From: Octopus vulgaris
Lineage: Eukaryota
Direction: 5' to 3'
Assembly: GCA_951406725.2 (NCBI GenBank)
Contig: OX597818.1
Span: 19,158,001 to 19,222,000 of the forward strand
Length of the DNA stretch: 64,000 nucleotides
The first letter of the stretch is position 1. Each line of letters begins with the position of its first letter. A program made the translations under genes and the position numbers. Positions 1-12,989 of this stretch are shown here, one piece after another. The notes beneath the pieces were generated by a model. The model did no database searches, was not told the origin of the DNA, and was given only the letters and a program-made list of their open reading frames with translations.

Positions 1-167
1 ACTTTTGAGCCAAGGAAACTGGCTGCAATTGTTCAAACTACTAGAACTAGCAGCCAAGTTCCCTCAAATCACATCTTAGTTACTTAAAAACATAAAAAGA
101 AAGGACACAAAAAGCTAAATGTAATCCTAGATATACAAACATACACAAAGGTCAAGGGTGAAATGTC

Positions 168-405
168 CTTATTTGTTTGTTGCCCACAAAGGGCTAAACA
201 CAGAGGGGACAAACAAGGACAGATAAAGGGATTAAGTTGATTACATCGACCCCAGTGAGTAACTGGTACTTAATTTATCGACCCTGAATTTATCGACCCT
301 GAAAGTCGACCTTGGTGGAATTTGAACTCAGAACATAATATGCTAAGACGAAATACCACTAAGCTTTTCACCTGGTGTGCTAACATTTCTGCCAGCTCAG
401 CGCCT
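168..405 (-). mobile_element. tRNA-derived SINE, family A
   Basis: Matches the intact copy at 50421-50649 in reverse (GGCG..AGCTGGCAGAA...GAGTTCAAATTCC B-box...CCCTTTGTGGGCAACAAA). Confidence 0.85.
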
Positions 406-1480
406 TGCTCATGGATTTGTTCAACCAGAAAACTGACCTTGGGCTAACCAGCAATTGTATTTTATCTCTACAAGATACAGAGATAAACAAGTATAGGTTA
501 ATATAGCAGACAAATCAATTTGTGCTTACCTGATGTGAGAAATGGCAAATTAGCAGAATAGTTAGAGTGGTACTCTAAGTTCTGAGTTCAAATCTCACTG
601 ATGTAAACTTCCTCTTTCATCATACCAAGGTCAATAAGTGCCAGTCAAATACAAGAATTTATTATTCTCTCTTTCACTCTTTCAGAATCATTTATGTTGT
701 GGGGCATCACATACAATGTCCTTTTCTCGACCAAATAAAAGAGGGTTGAGCAAGGAAGCCAATAACTACAACTAATAATACAAATCTACAAAAACTCATC
801 TCAGGATGTACCAATGTCTAACCACATGGAAAAGAAAGAAAGAAAAGCAGAATCTGAGATAGTTATTTGCAGGTGCTCTGTAGTCTAATTGATAATGCCT
901 CGTCTATTAAGAAAAAGTTATGAGTCATGCAAGAAAGCCTGTTGGTCATGACTGTCTCAAAATGATGTTAGAAATTAATATTTAATATCATTTCAACATG
1001 TCCTTGATCATGTTTTTTCATTTCTCCTTTCCTTCTTTTTTTCATTATAGAGTTTGGTTTGACAGGATTAGAGTTGAAGTGCATAAGGAAGTTATATATT
1101 ATTTACTTTAATATGCTGTGTGTGTGTGTGCATTTATATATATATTTGTGTGTATTAATTAACTTATAATATATATTTACATATGTATAGAGAGGGAGGA
1201 GGGAGGGTGATACACACACACACACACATATATATAAATACATAAAATACACACACACACACATATTTATCTTTTACTTGTTTCAGTCATTAGACTACAG
1301 CCATGCAGCAGCACCATCTTCAAGAATTTTTAATTGAATAAATCAACCCAGTACTTACATTTTTTTAAAGCCTAGTACTTAGTCTATCAGACTCTTTAGC
1401 TGAACTGTTAAATTACAGGGATGTAAACAAACCAACACTGGTTGTCAAGTAGTAGTGGAAATAAACACACACACACACAC

Positions 1481-2460
1481 ATCATCATCATCATCATTTA
1501 ACGTCCACTTTCCATGCTAGCATGGGTTGGACGATTTGACTGAGGACTGGCAAACCAGATGGCTGCGCCAGGCTCCAATCTGATCTAGCAGAGTTTCTAC
1601 AGCTGGATGCCCTTCCTAACGCCAACAACTCCGAGAGTGTAGTGGGTGCTTTTACATGTCACTGGTACGAGGGCCAGTCTGGCGGTACTGGCAACGGCCA
1701 CGCCCGAAATGGTGTTTTTACGTGCCACCTGGACAGGAGTCAGTCCAGCAGCACTGGCAATGATCTCGCTCGAATGTTTTGTTCACATGCCAGTAAGGCG
1801 ACGCTGGTAACAATCATGCTCAAATGGTGCTTTTTACATGCCACCAGTACGGAAGCCAAACAGCTGCACTGGCAGTGATCCCACTTGGATGGAGCTGTTA
1901 GCGCTCCACTGGCACAGGTGCCAGTCATCGAATTTGGTTTAATTTCGATTTCACTTGCCCCAACAGGTCTTTGCAAGCAGAGTTTAGTGTCCAATGACGG
2001 GAGGTTGGCATGGGTGCCAGTCATCAAATTTTGTTTGATTTCGAATTCAATTTCAATTACACTTGCCTCAACATGTCTTCGCAAGCGGAGTTTTGTGTCC
2101 AAAGAAGGAGAGGTATGCATAAGTGGGCTGATTACATCCCTGGTATAGGCCTTGGGTTATGATCTCACTTGTTCTGCCGGGTCTTCTCACGCACAGCATA
2201 TTTCCAAAGTTCTCGGTCACTAGTCATTGCCTTGGTGAGGCCTAATGTTCGAAGCTCGTGCTTCACCACGTTGTCCCAGGTTTTCCTGGATCTACCTCTT
2301 CCACAGGTTCGCTCAACCGCTAGGGTGTGGCACTTTCTCACACAGCTATCTTCACCCATTCTCGCTACATGACCATACCAGCGCAATCGTCTCTCTTGCA
2401 CATGACAACTGATGCTTCTTAAGTCCAACATTTCTCTCAAGGTACTTACACTCTGTCGAG
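1481..2460 (-). mobile_element. RTE-clade LINE, 3' fragment
   Basis: ORF 2165-2440 has the RTE C-terminus (RRLRWYGHVARM...RGRSRKTW). The long 3' UTR ends in a (CAT)n tail at ~1481-1496. Confidence 0.85.
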
Positions 2461-2466
2461 CAGAGT

Positions 2467-2502
2467 CTTTAACGTTTCGAGCCTACGCTCTTCCACAGAA
2501 AG
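2467..2502 (-). ncRNA. Minimal type-I hammerhead ribozyme motif (core variant CUGUGGA)
   Basis: Minus strand reads CTTT-CTGTGGA-A-GAGC GTAG GCTC-GAAA-CGTTA-AAG. Stem I is TTT/AAA-type, stem II is GAGC/GCTC, stem III is the palindrome AACGTT. Confidence 0.55.
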
Positions 2503-2605
2503 GAACACAGAAAGAAAAAGAAACAAAGAGAGAAAAAATGTGTGTAGTGGCTACCGATCTATCATGGTGAATATATATAAATGTATGTATATATATATAT
2601 ATACC

Positions 2606-2637
<32 letters not shown>

Positions 2638-2667
2638 TATACATACATACATATTTATGTATGTATG

Positions 2668-2711
<44 letters not shown>

Positions 2712-2782
2712 ATCCAAACAAGAAAGCACAAAAAAACACAACAACAAATATAGTATTGTTGGACGCTCAGGAAAGAAGGAGG

Positions 2783-2817
2783 GTTTAACGTTTCGAGCGG
2801 AGCTCTTCGTTGGAAAC
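2783..2817 (-). ncRNA. Degenerate hammerhead ribozyme motif, same family as 24862-24896
   Basis: Minus strand reads GTTT-CCAACGA-A-GAGC TCC GCTC-GAAA-CGTTA-AAC. The core differs from the CTGACGA of the 24.8 kb copy. Confidence 0.5.
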
Positions 2818-2929
2818 ATAGGAGAAGGAAAAATGAAAGAGGGAGAGAGAGGGAGATAGATAGATAGATAAATAGATAGAGATGTATGTATGTGAGGGCT
2901 AGCAGTGACTTTCATGAGGCAGTGTGCCA

Positions 2930-3647
2930 AGTGACAACAATTTGTGTTTTTGTGATTATGTGTATGCTGTAGTCAGCAGTTTTTGTCACGGGCAGGAAGC
3001 TGGAACAAAGAGCCAATGTGAAATTTTGCGTTAAAATTGGGAAGTCTACTATAGAGACATTGAGCATGCTTCAGCAAGCTTACAGCAATGAGGCAATGTG
3101 TCAAATGCAATGTTTTGAGAGGCACAGGCACTTCAAAAGCAGAAGACTAACCCCCAAAAAATGATGAGCAATCTAGAAGACCTGCCATAAGCATCAACCC
3201 TGAAAATGTGGAGAAAATTCATCAGTGATTGAGGATGTTCAGTGAAAGTGACCAGATCTGTGGAGCGTGAAGAATTGGATTTTTCATGACAATGCATTCT
3301 GTCACTGGCTCTCCTCACTTGTGAATTTCTCACCAAAAGCAACATGATATCGCTTCTGCACCCACCGTATTCACCAGATTTAGCACCTGTGGACTTCCAT
3401 CTCTTCCCCAAAATGAAACTCCAGCTCAAAGGTCACCGTTTTAACACCATTGTTGAGATCAAGAAGGTCCTTGACGCACTTATGGAAAATGACTTCCAGG
3501 TTGGATTCCAAAAGTGGCAGGAATGCTGAGACCAGTGTATTGTTGTGCAAGGTAACCGTTTCAAAGGAGATGATATTGAAACTTAGGTAAATAAGTTATT
3601 TTTTTATTAAACATCATTAGCCTGGGAACTTTTAGATACTACCTCAT
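2930..3647 (+). mobile_element. Mariner transposon remnant, internally deleted
   Basis: Contains N-terminal LEQRANVKFCVKIG and C-terminal HPPYSPDLAPVDFHLF. The right TIR GGAACTTT...ACCTCA is followed by TA. Confidence 0.85.
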
Positions 3648-3649
3648 AA

Positions 3650-4162
3650 GAGTGGAGCACATCTCTTTTTGAAATTACCAGCTTTTTAAATGCGTCAAGT
3701 TCAGATGGAATTAGAAGCCTGTAGCAGAAATGTTTCAATTGTATCAATGAGAAAAAAAAACATTCTAAACATCTGGGTATGATAAGGGAACCACATTTCA
3801 TCCAAAAGGTTCAAAACATTAAACATTATCAATGATGATACTGAAAATCTTTGTTTAGAGATTGTTGAAAGAGAATCTAATCAATATTCTCGCAATACCA
3901 TAATTTCACTGAAGGCAGGTATTATTAAGATGATGTCTGAAATTAATAAGGACTATTTAGTACTAGCATATCAATGATTCAGGCTCTGCATTGAAACAGT
4001 TATTGAAGCTGAAAGTAAATTCATAAGACAATTTGTATAAGAAATCTTATTGTAAACATGTATATGTGCACAAATTTTTATTAAAATACTGGTTTTTGCT
4101 AGATTAAAGTAGTTTTAGTAAATTATCAAATATGTCCTCAAATACCTCTTTGCATCCTGTAT
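3650..4162. mobile_element. Degraded Tc1/mariner-like DNA element (related segment at ~43320-43620)
   Basis: AGTTCAGATGGAATT...GAAATGTTTCAA..GTATCAA.GAGAAAAA recurs at ~43500. The element ends in a TIR-like ...TTGCATCCTGTA. Confidence 0.4.
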
Positions 4163-4749
4163 ATATGTATCATGGAATCTCCCATCATTAAATGAAGTAT
4201 GAGGGTTCTGCAATTTCTTGCTAATCAATCACACAAATGATCTGTATATAGTGATCAAATGTTTGTGTTCACTTTAGCTCACTCCCTGCTCAAATCGACA
4301 TTTCCTGTACAGGTGCACGATATGCAACATACCAGATGACAACTCACAATTGTGAGTGAAACACCCTAACCACTAAACTTGTTTCAATCATTATTTGCCA
4401 TTACTTTTACTTGATTCAGTCAGTGCTGGTGCACTGCCTTGAACTTTCAAGTGAATGAATCATCCCAGTATGTATTGTTTAAGCCTAGTACTTAATCTAT
4501 CAGTCTCTTATGCCAAACTGCTAAGTTACGGTGACACAAACACACTAACATTGGTTGTCAAATGGTGGCAGGGTGGAAACAAACAGGCACAAAGACACAC
4601 ACAAACACATAAATATACATACATGTGCACACAGATATACACATCCAAACATATATAAAATTAAAATATATAGATATATATATATGTGTGTGTATGTATG
4701 TATATATATATATATATATATACATATATATAGGCATAGGCATATATAT

Positions 4750-4789
<40 letters not shown>

Positions 4790-4794
4790 GACAG

Positions 4795-5312
4795 TGTAAC
4801 TAAACACTTTCAAATTTCGGACACTGGTAGAATGTGTCATATAAAACATCTTTTACTCATAGTGTTTTTGAGAAAAGCTTATATTTAGGAAGTTATTTCA
4901 TGTTAAAGTTGTCATATTTCGGTAATTTCAACCAATCAATGATGTGTATTCTGCTGAATAAAATTACTGCCATTGTTTGTCAACAACAACTATCGGCAGT
5001 GGGTTTTTCATTTTTCACTGTTATTTATGACATCGTTAGTGTGTTTGTACTGGTTTTAGCTTTAAGGTGTTAGGGTTAGGGTTGAGGTTTTAGGGTCGTC
5101 ATAAATAACAGTGACAAATGAAATATACAAACAACAGCAGTAATTTTATTCAGCTGAATACACGTCATTGATTGGTTGAAATTACCGAAATACTACAACT
5201 TTAATGTGAAATAACTTCCTAAATATAAGCTTTTCTCAAAAAAACTAAGAGTAAAAGATGATTTATATGACACATTCTACCAGTGTCCAAAGTTTGAAAG
5301 TGTTTAGTTACA
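4795..5312. mobile_element. Long-TIR MITE / foldback element with TTAGGG-like centre
   Basis: ~190-bp arms are reverse complements (TGTAACTAAACACTTTCAAA...TTTGAAAGTGTTTAGTTACA). The centre contains GTTAGGGTTAGGGTTGAGGTTTTAGGG. Confidence 0.85.
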
Positions 5313-6393
5313 AAAAATTATTTTTTAAATCTGTTAGTCAAAAGGTAAAGACCCCACCTTTGTTCTATTTTATAAACTTCCTGATTGAAAGTGATCTTAC
5401 AACCTTCCATCAGAATTTCATGCTAATTTATATCTCAGGCATAAGGTGTGAGCTGACAGAATTGCTAGGACACCAAGCAAAATGCTTAGTGGAATTTTGA
5501 CCGTCTTTAAATTCTGAGCTCAAATTCCGCCAAGTTCAACTTTACCATTTATCCTTTTTAGTGTTGATAAAATAAGTAACAGTTGATGACTGGGGTTGAT
5601 GTAATCAACTTACCTCTTGATGGCCTTGTGCCAAAATTTGAAATCAATATGTTTCAGTATCATTCTAACAGTAACAAATTTGTTTTGCTAAGTTCTTCAT
5701 TATTTTCCCAAAGAATTGAAACAATGTTAGTTTATTTCAAAAGAAATATGGTAACAAAAGGGTTAAGAATTAAATCCAGCAGCTCTTAATGGCTTCTACT
5801 TCACTTTGATTTCATATAATTAAGAAAATGGGCGATAAATCTGGCCTACCTAGTAGGTAACAATGAAAATCTGGGAGCTCTTTCTGACAGCTACTGCAAG
5901 TTAGGAGTAAAAAATATCCAAACATATGAGATACCAGAAATGGATTTGAACTTGCATCCAATACTATGTCCACTTGGCCATTTTACTTGGAACTAGCCGT
6001 AGTGTTGAATAATTAAAGAAATAGTTTTTGTGCTGAAAATGATAATTTAATTGTTTTTTTTAAAATCTTTATAGGAACCTCCAACTCGATTACAATTAAG
6101 AAAAACATTTCTTAATTTAAGTAGATACTTATAATTCCTTTCCTTGTTTAGGATTACTGTCTTAAATGTAAGGTCTACCAACAAATGGGACTAATCTGGT
6201 ATGGTGGCTTTACCTGCAAAATGTAGCAGCCAAATCTTAGTCAGATGGTACTCTACCATCTTAAAAAGGAGAGCCACTGTTGGTTAATGTAGTCCAAAAT
6301 CCATTACCTCTGAATAAAAGACTAGATGATTATGACTTGAATGTTATTAATCATAGGCAAACCTGGAGGTTACACAAAAGCATATTTCATATA

Positions 6394-6610
6394 CAAAGGG
6401 ATGCTGAAAAGTTCCACACTTTGGGTAAAAGAAAATACAGGAGGATCAGTTAATTATGATTTTATTCAACATATTCCCCTCTTAGATTCACACACTTATT
6501 ACAATGGCCCTTCAGTTTTAATAAGCCCTGTAAAAGGATTTGGAAGGTTGGGCCTCTAACCAGGTCTTTCATGGTACCCTTAAAGCCAGGAACTTTTCAA
6601 CAACCCCTCA
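6394..6610. mobile_element. Mariner-derived MITE
   Basis: TA-flanked TIRs: CAAAGGGATGCTGAAAAGTTCC ... GGAACTTTTCAACAACCCCTCA. Same family as 55997-56213 and the right end of 51190-51612. Confidence 0.8.
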
Positions 6611-8464
6611 TAAGGATTCATATGAATTAAACATTTACTTTAATGGCCAAAAGTGATTGCTTGGTCGTTACAAATTAATTTTGTTTAAAGTTTGTTATTT
6701 TAAGTCTCAATATTTAAGAATTAAGAAAACAAATATAAAAACTGTTTTTCAAAATATATAAACTATATTTATTGAATCAAAAATCAAAATGTATAAAAAG
6801 GTATTTAAAAAATATTGTTGATTACATAATATCTTTTATATTTACAGTGAGAGAAACAAATGAATGAATAAAAATTCAAATATATTTAAAATATACTTCC
6901 ACGTCTGCTAATATTAGGCAGACAGAGATAAGGAGATAGACAGACATACACAAGACAAATGCACAAGACAGCTAAAATATTTTGTAATGAAAATATAAAA
7001 ATGTTCAGAAGGTAAATGAGATTACTGAGAAGATTTTCTCATAATTAAATTAAATCAAATCAAATGGAATGTTTTAAGGTGTTAAATTCAGTTTGTGGAT
7101 TAACTTAATATTCAAGAGAGAATACATACTTTCAAAAAGAATGTGGATTTATATGTAGATATTCCTAAAAATGAATACTAAAACCCTGCCTCCTAAAACT
7201 AATATTTTTGTTTGAACATAACTATACAATATTAATATAATTAATTGATTGAATAGAGAAGATCTCTCACTTGCAAAGCTATTTTCATGCTCTGGTGTCA
7301 AAGAAAATAAAAAAACAACTTTTGACACTCCAAGGCTTAATGGTCTGGGATGGAATCAATGTCCTGGCCAATGAATCTGGCACAAGTAAATATGAAATCC
7401 CTAATATTCAATGTTATAATGATAAATAAAAAATTGAAAAAATATATTTTTAACAGTAAGATAAATACAGTTCATTAACTGTCAGAAATAATAATTTCAT
7501 ACGAAGGCACAATGTTTGAAGTGAAAGGTGTAATATTGGGTTTAAATTTTGGCACAAGGCCAGCAATTTTGGAGAAAAGGTTAAGTTGATTAGATCAGCT
7601 TCAGTACTCAACTAAGTATTTATTTTATCAACCCTAAAAGGACGAAGGGCAAAGTCAGCCTTGGTGGAGTTTGAACTCAGAACATAAGGATGGCAAAATA
7701 CTGCTAAGTGAACTCTGGCATTTGGACTTAGAAATTATAACATACCAATTAAACACTGGAGTTGATTTAATACTTCTATGAATCATCCTTGATGTGAATG
7801 AAATTATAATAGATGGCAAGAAGACGGGATCAAACTCATGTCTAATTCATCCAGCACACTTTTATCTTGGCACATCTTTTACCCAATACACATCAGTCTA
7901 ACTTTTTTCTGTGATACAATAAGAAAAACCGTGGACGTTTTCAATTCATTTTTTTGCACATTCCTCTACCCAGATGTTTAAGTAATACTGGTTTCAAATT
8001 TTGGCACAAGGCCAGCAATTTCAAGGGAGGAGTAAAGTCGATTACATCAACTCCAGTGCTCTACAGATACTTATTTTATCAACCCCAAAGGGATGAAAGG
8101 CAAGACCGACCTCAGTGAAATTGGAATTTAGAAAGTAAGGATGGACAAAATGCCACTAAGCATTTTGTTTGGCATGCTCTAGATGTTTAAGTAATATTTA
8201 AAGATAATCTTTGTTCCTGCTTTCATTCTGTGATCATTGTATTGTTGCTGTCCTACTGTATCAAAGTAAAAAAAATTCTTACTAGGCCAATAATGCATTT
8301 TGTCATTCAAGGGTTAGGAAAAAAAAATTCAAAAGAAGAGATAAAAATACTAATTATATGATGGGGGTCAATACAAATTCAATGACACAGTTCTATATTT
8401 GAGGGAAGAGGAATTATATACATTATTTACATTTGACGGATATTTATCCTCATCTTTGTTGTTA

Positions 8465-8506
8465 ACGCAACGTTTCGGCTGATGTACTCTCCAGCTTTCA
8501 TCTGGT
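8465..8506 (-). ncRNA. Hammerhead ribozyme motif (left arm, core CAGAUGA)
   Basis: Minus strand reads AC-CAGATGA-A-AGCTG GAGAGTACAT CAGCC-GAAA-CGTT-GCGT. The two-arm consensus restores CTGATGA...GGCTG/CAGCC...GAAACGTT. Confidence 0.5.
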
Positions 8507-8522
8507 TCGAAATTCCCCCAGG

Positions 8523-8566
8523 ACACCTGCTGAAGGCGGGAGAATACATCAGTCGAAATGTTGTGT
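8523..8566 (+). ncRNA. Hammerhead ribozyme motif (right arm, core CUGCUGA)
   Basis: Reads ACAC-CTGCTGA-A-GGCGG GAGAATACAT CAGTC-GAAA-TGTT-GTGT. Stem I is ACAC/GTGT. Confidence 0.55.
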
Positions 8567-8895
8567 TACCAACAAACAAGATAAGGACAAATATCCGTCA
8601 AACGTAAATAATGTAAATTCAATGACAGTTTAATTTTCATTGAGAGAACAGCATTTCAGTTCATCAATACTTATCACAAGGAAAGAAGTTTCAATTTGGA
8701 ATGTAAGTTAAGGTTGGTATTAAGACGAGAGGGAATCTTTTTAGATGAGCAGGATACTGAAATACAATGTTTTTCAAAAAAGATTGACACCATAGGCAAG
8801 TAATAGAGTTGTGTGTACGTATGTATGAACATATATATACAATGATTGCTTCATCTTGACAGATGATAACCGTACCATAAATATATATATAAAAC

Positions 8896-9222
8896 TTAGC
8901 ACAAGACATGAGAATGAGAAAACACGATCGACCTATTTAGAAATAGGAGCTAAATTCCTAATTCAACCGCCGGAAAGCACCAAATAACAGAAAAACAACA
9001 GTAGGCGAGGAAACGGATATGGGCCAGAATCCGAAACCAAGGTATATGAGTTTCTGAATGGCATATTCTAAAAAAGGTATACTTTTTTTAATGTCTTAAT
9101 TCTTTATCCGTTTCCTTGCTTACTGTTGTTTTTCTGTTATTTGGTCCTTTCCGGTGGTTGTATTAGGAATTTAGCTCCTATTTCTAAACAGGTTGATGCT
9201 GTTTCCGCATGCCTTGTGCTAA
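8896..9222. mobile_element. Palindromic MITE-like element
   Basis: ~120-bp inverted arms (TTAGCACAAG...GGAAACGGATA / TATCCGTTTCC...CTTGTGCTAA) around an ~85-bp spacer. Confidence 0.75.
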
Positions 9223-10431
9223 CTTTAAATATTATAGCTATATAATGCTATTAGACCTGTTGAACCTCCTATGTTACTGTTGTTAATATTATCTTTGAAA
9301 CAGGCCATGAATTTCCAGGTTTTGTTTTATTTTCTCTTAACTAAATAGTGACGCGATTTTCACTTATCCCTACTTTATTTGCTTTTGATTTTATCGTGGT
9401 GTGAAACTATTGCAGAGGGGGAGAGAGAGAGAGAGATTAAAATTGGACCAACTCTATAACATTTCAAATAACAAGACCAACTTTCTGAGTGGAGATTATT
9501 GCGCTCGTTTAATTTGAAATGTAACCTATTTTTTCAAGTTAGTCAAGCAAGGAAGAGTAGCACTCATGAGCCTTACTTTTTGCAGTCCCCCGCCCCCTCC
9601 GCGAGACTGATGGCAGGAGGAAAGGAGTTAGCCTCAAACTAGAAGTTTGGTCCTAATACTGAGCCTAAGTTTCTATTCTCTTTATTAGCTGAATATTTTA
9701 GAATAAAAGCAAGAAATTTTCATGTGATCGATTTTTCTGTGTTTAATAAAAAAGAAGGTAACCTTTTGTTTTTCTTCTAATAGTTAATTCAAGACCGATA
9801 AAATGTCATGGGCGCTGCCATTCATCGTATCACTAAATCAGTAAAGTAGTAGTCTACAAAGAGAACTGAAAAATTTATCTGACTAATCTACTTCCTGTAA
9901 GCATAGTCATATCATGAAAACATTTCCAATCAATAAAACAGGTGTTACCATAACTTTGTCAAAAAAAAAACAACAACAAAAAACCCCTCATTTTGAAAAA
10001 TATTCTGAACGTCTGTCTACCTAATTCACCAGCAAAGATTTGTATAAACTTAAATGCGTATTTGTAATGGTATACTTCATAGAAATTTAAGGTCTCAGAA
10101 TTACTCCACTTCTACTTTTCGCTTTCCCTTCCTACAAACGTGTAGTCCTGAATATTCTTAATTCATTAATAATGGGATATTTTCTTTAAAAAGAATACTG
10201 GCTCAAAAATAAATTTAGTAATTCAGAATATGTGTGTGTGAAAATGGGATACAAAAAGAAAATGGTATTGTTAAATTTTATTGTTTATGAGGAATGTGTA
10301 TGTGCGTGTATAATTATACAGAAATATAATTAAATATAATTAAGTTTAAGGATGAATGAAATGAAACTTCGGAACATATGTTCCAGGTCTTCACTACAGC
10401 GTAAATATTAAAAACTTAGTACGAGTTACTC

Positions 10432-10527
10432 AAGTTTCATTTTCCATCACTTTTTAAACAAACAAAATTTCATCCCTTTTTAAACAAATAAAATTTCATC
10501 ACTTTTTAAACAAATAAAATTTCATCA
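10432..10527. repeat. 26-bp tandem repeat, about 3.5 copies
   Basis: TTTCATCACTTTTTAAACAAATAAAA is repeated in tandem. Confidence 0.85.
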
Positions 10528-11003
10528 AGAGGTAAAAAGCAATAAAGTTACGACGAAACGGTGAAGAGTAAGGGCATCAAACTATAGTTATGTTGTATTG
10601 TTTATATTTTAAAAACCTACAAGAACAAATGGAATGCGTGTACACAAACAATTTTCGTTTAATATAAAAAGCATTAATATATTATTTTAGTGTCTTTTGT
10701 GACAAAGGACGCTAAATAATAAGAAGGAGAAATAAAGCTGAAGTGAAGACAAAGAACATTGTATATATATATGTATATATAATGCTATTATGTTAAACAA
10801 TCGCATGTCCAAAAGTGTGTTTCTTTCATCATTTTTTTTTACTTGCAATAGCAGGTTCTTTTGGTCAAACTATTGTATCTCCAGCTGTTTCTGATGCCAA
10901 GATATAAAAAAATTGTCGAAGTGTAGTACATCGATTTTGCTATGGAATGGTGAGACTAGTTTTTCGTTTTCTGAAAAGGCAACGACTCCTTTTGCATAAT
11001 AGC

Positions 11004-11072
<69 letters not shown>

Positions 11073-11819
11073 CACACACACAGAATCTTTAATTGATAGC
11101 AACAGGTAAGAGAAACGAATAAAACAAAATTATTTCTTGGAATTTGAAAAAAATAAAAGATAAAGAAACAGTATAATAATAATAATAATAATAATTACTG
11201 CGTAAAGGGATTAAACTTTTGTTGATCACATTACAAAGAATATTGTAAACATCGATTATACCTTCATTTCTGCATCTTTGACCAAGAGATCTTAAAAATC
11301 AGTGAGGAACTTGGGGATGGGGAGAACATTCCTGCTATCTATAGTTTTGGGTATTTTTACTTTTCAAGTTAGAAAACTATAAAGTTGGCAAAATAGCAAG
11401 GTAAGTGGTGTGCGGTTTAACGAGAGAAATTTTCATTGGGACTGTCATCGCTCCTTGAAGATTTATGTAGAAGAAACAGGGAGCGCTCTTTCAGAATATT
11501 TGAGCGATTCATTCATACCTTATCATTGTTCAGACAGTCGTCCCACACTTCTTTTTCACGGAAAAAAAAACAAACCCCCAAGAATGTTTGATTTGGCAGG
11601 GAAGTAATTGTACGCAAAATTCAAAAAAAGTTATGGACCATAACTTTTCTAGGTTTGTATATGTAAGAGAAGATACAGCAAGTTCAGCGAGGTTCATGTG
11701 TGTTGTGAAAAAGGACTAATGTATTGTAATACATATTATTATTGTAATTACAATTAATAGTGTTTTCTGCAGTGACTTTTTTTTTGTTTATATATATATA
11801 TATATATAATCGTCATAAC

Positions 11820-12371
11820 TTAGAAATAATCTTTTTTAAATCCTCCAGAGAAGCGTAATTCCTGTTCGACTTGGTTGATCATCTGAGTGTGTCTTGAAGA
11901 AATAACTACGGTCATAGTGACGTTTGCTATAGTCCTGACTACCCAGTACAACCAAATAAATACAACGTAGGCCAGTCGGAAGGTGTACATGCGATAGTAA
12001 GAGAACTCAAAAATGGAAATGCCAAATTCGATGAAAGTATAACAACCAAAGATGATAACGAACGCTTTTGTCCAGTTGAGAGTGATGAGAAAATGTCGAC
12101 GTGAGGTGAGGAAGATCATAAACAAACTGAGAAACATCACGACAATGTGACATATCACCATTATGACATCACAGGATAGGAAACTTTCCCAGGAATGTGA
12201 CCTCCAGTTGGTATGAAAACCTTTGCTAATTTCGAAGTCGGTACCAATAGCTCCGAGATCTAGAAGACGCAAAATCAGGGCGAAAAATATAGTTATCGAA
12301 GCATAGACGTAACCAGCGAATGTGGCAGTCTCTAAACTCCAACAGAAGAAACGATTAATGAAAAGCGCCAT
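11820..12371 (-). CDS. Uncharacterised four-transmembrane protein, 183 aa (loosely LAPTM/DUF4728-like)
   Basis: Uninterrupted ORF with a good start context (AAAATGG) and four hydrophobic segments. N-terminal FCWSLETAT resembles the CCxxLxTG start of such tetraspan proteins. The sequence is non-repetitive. A possible 5'-UTR intron lies at 12455-12547 (GTGAGC...TCTCAG). Confidence 0.85.
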   Translation of the reverse strand: MALFINRFFCWSLETATFAGYVYASITIFFALILRLLDLGAIGTDFEISKGFHTNWRSHSWESFLSCDVIMVICHIVVMFLSLFMIFLTSRRHFLITLNWTKAFVIIFGCYTFIEFGISIFEFSYYRMYTFRLAYVVFIWLYWVVRTIANVTMTVVISSRHTQMINQVEQELRFSGGFKKDYF

Positions 12372-12927
12372 TTTGAATAGTTAAGTCGTTGTGATTGCTT
12401 TGAACGATTATTTAGGACAGATGAGATAAAAACTTGTACACAGGTAATTACTTTCTGAGATGGGAAACAATAATTATTTTGGAGCGTCCTTCTTTCTTTT
12501 CCTCTAATAAGATTTGTAACACGGTGATAAGAGATATATTTGCTCACCTTTTTAAATGTGTATGCCTGTCTTAATAAACAGGTTCGTTATTGACTGACAC
12601 ACACCTGTAATTAAGAAAGTTGGTCAAACTTTCGATGACTAAAGAGCGTGATACACAAGGGAGATCAGTGGCCTAAACTGTAAACTTTACTTTTCTACTC
12701 TAGGCACAAGGCCCGAAATTTGGGGGGAGACAGCCAGTCGATTAGACCGACTCCAGTATGCAACTGGTACTTAATTTAGTCGACCACGGCGGAATTTGAA
12801 CTTTGAACGTAAAGACAGACGAAATACTGTTAAGCATTTCGCCCGGCGTGCAAACGTTTCTATCTGCTCAAACTTTACATTCAATAGTTAGTATAACACT
12901 TTGTGTGTGTGTGTGTATATGTGTGTC

Positions 12928-12989
<62 letters not shown>

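Larger units (their letters stand above)
8419..8615. mobile_element. Palindromic element carrying an inverted pair of hammerhead motifs
   Basis: ~88-bp arms (TACATTATTTACATTTGACGGATATTT... / ...AAATATCCGTCAAACGTAAATAATGTA) each contain C.G.TGA-stem II-GAAA-(C/T)GTT. Confidence 0.75.

Noticed and set aside
2483-2788. YI/HT/CV-rich ORFs here and at ~4.5, 13.4, 23.4, 24.3, 47.7 and 59.1 kb
   Set aside because: These are translations of (TA)n/(CA)n/(TACA)n microsatellites.
5055-5096. True telomere or telomerase RNA template
   Set aside because: Only a few degenerate units, located inside a foldback element.
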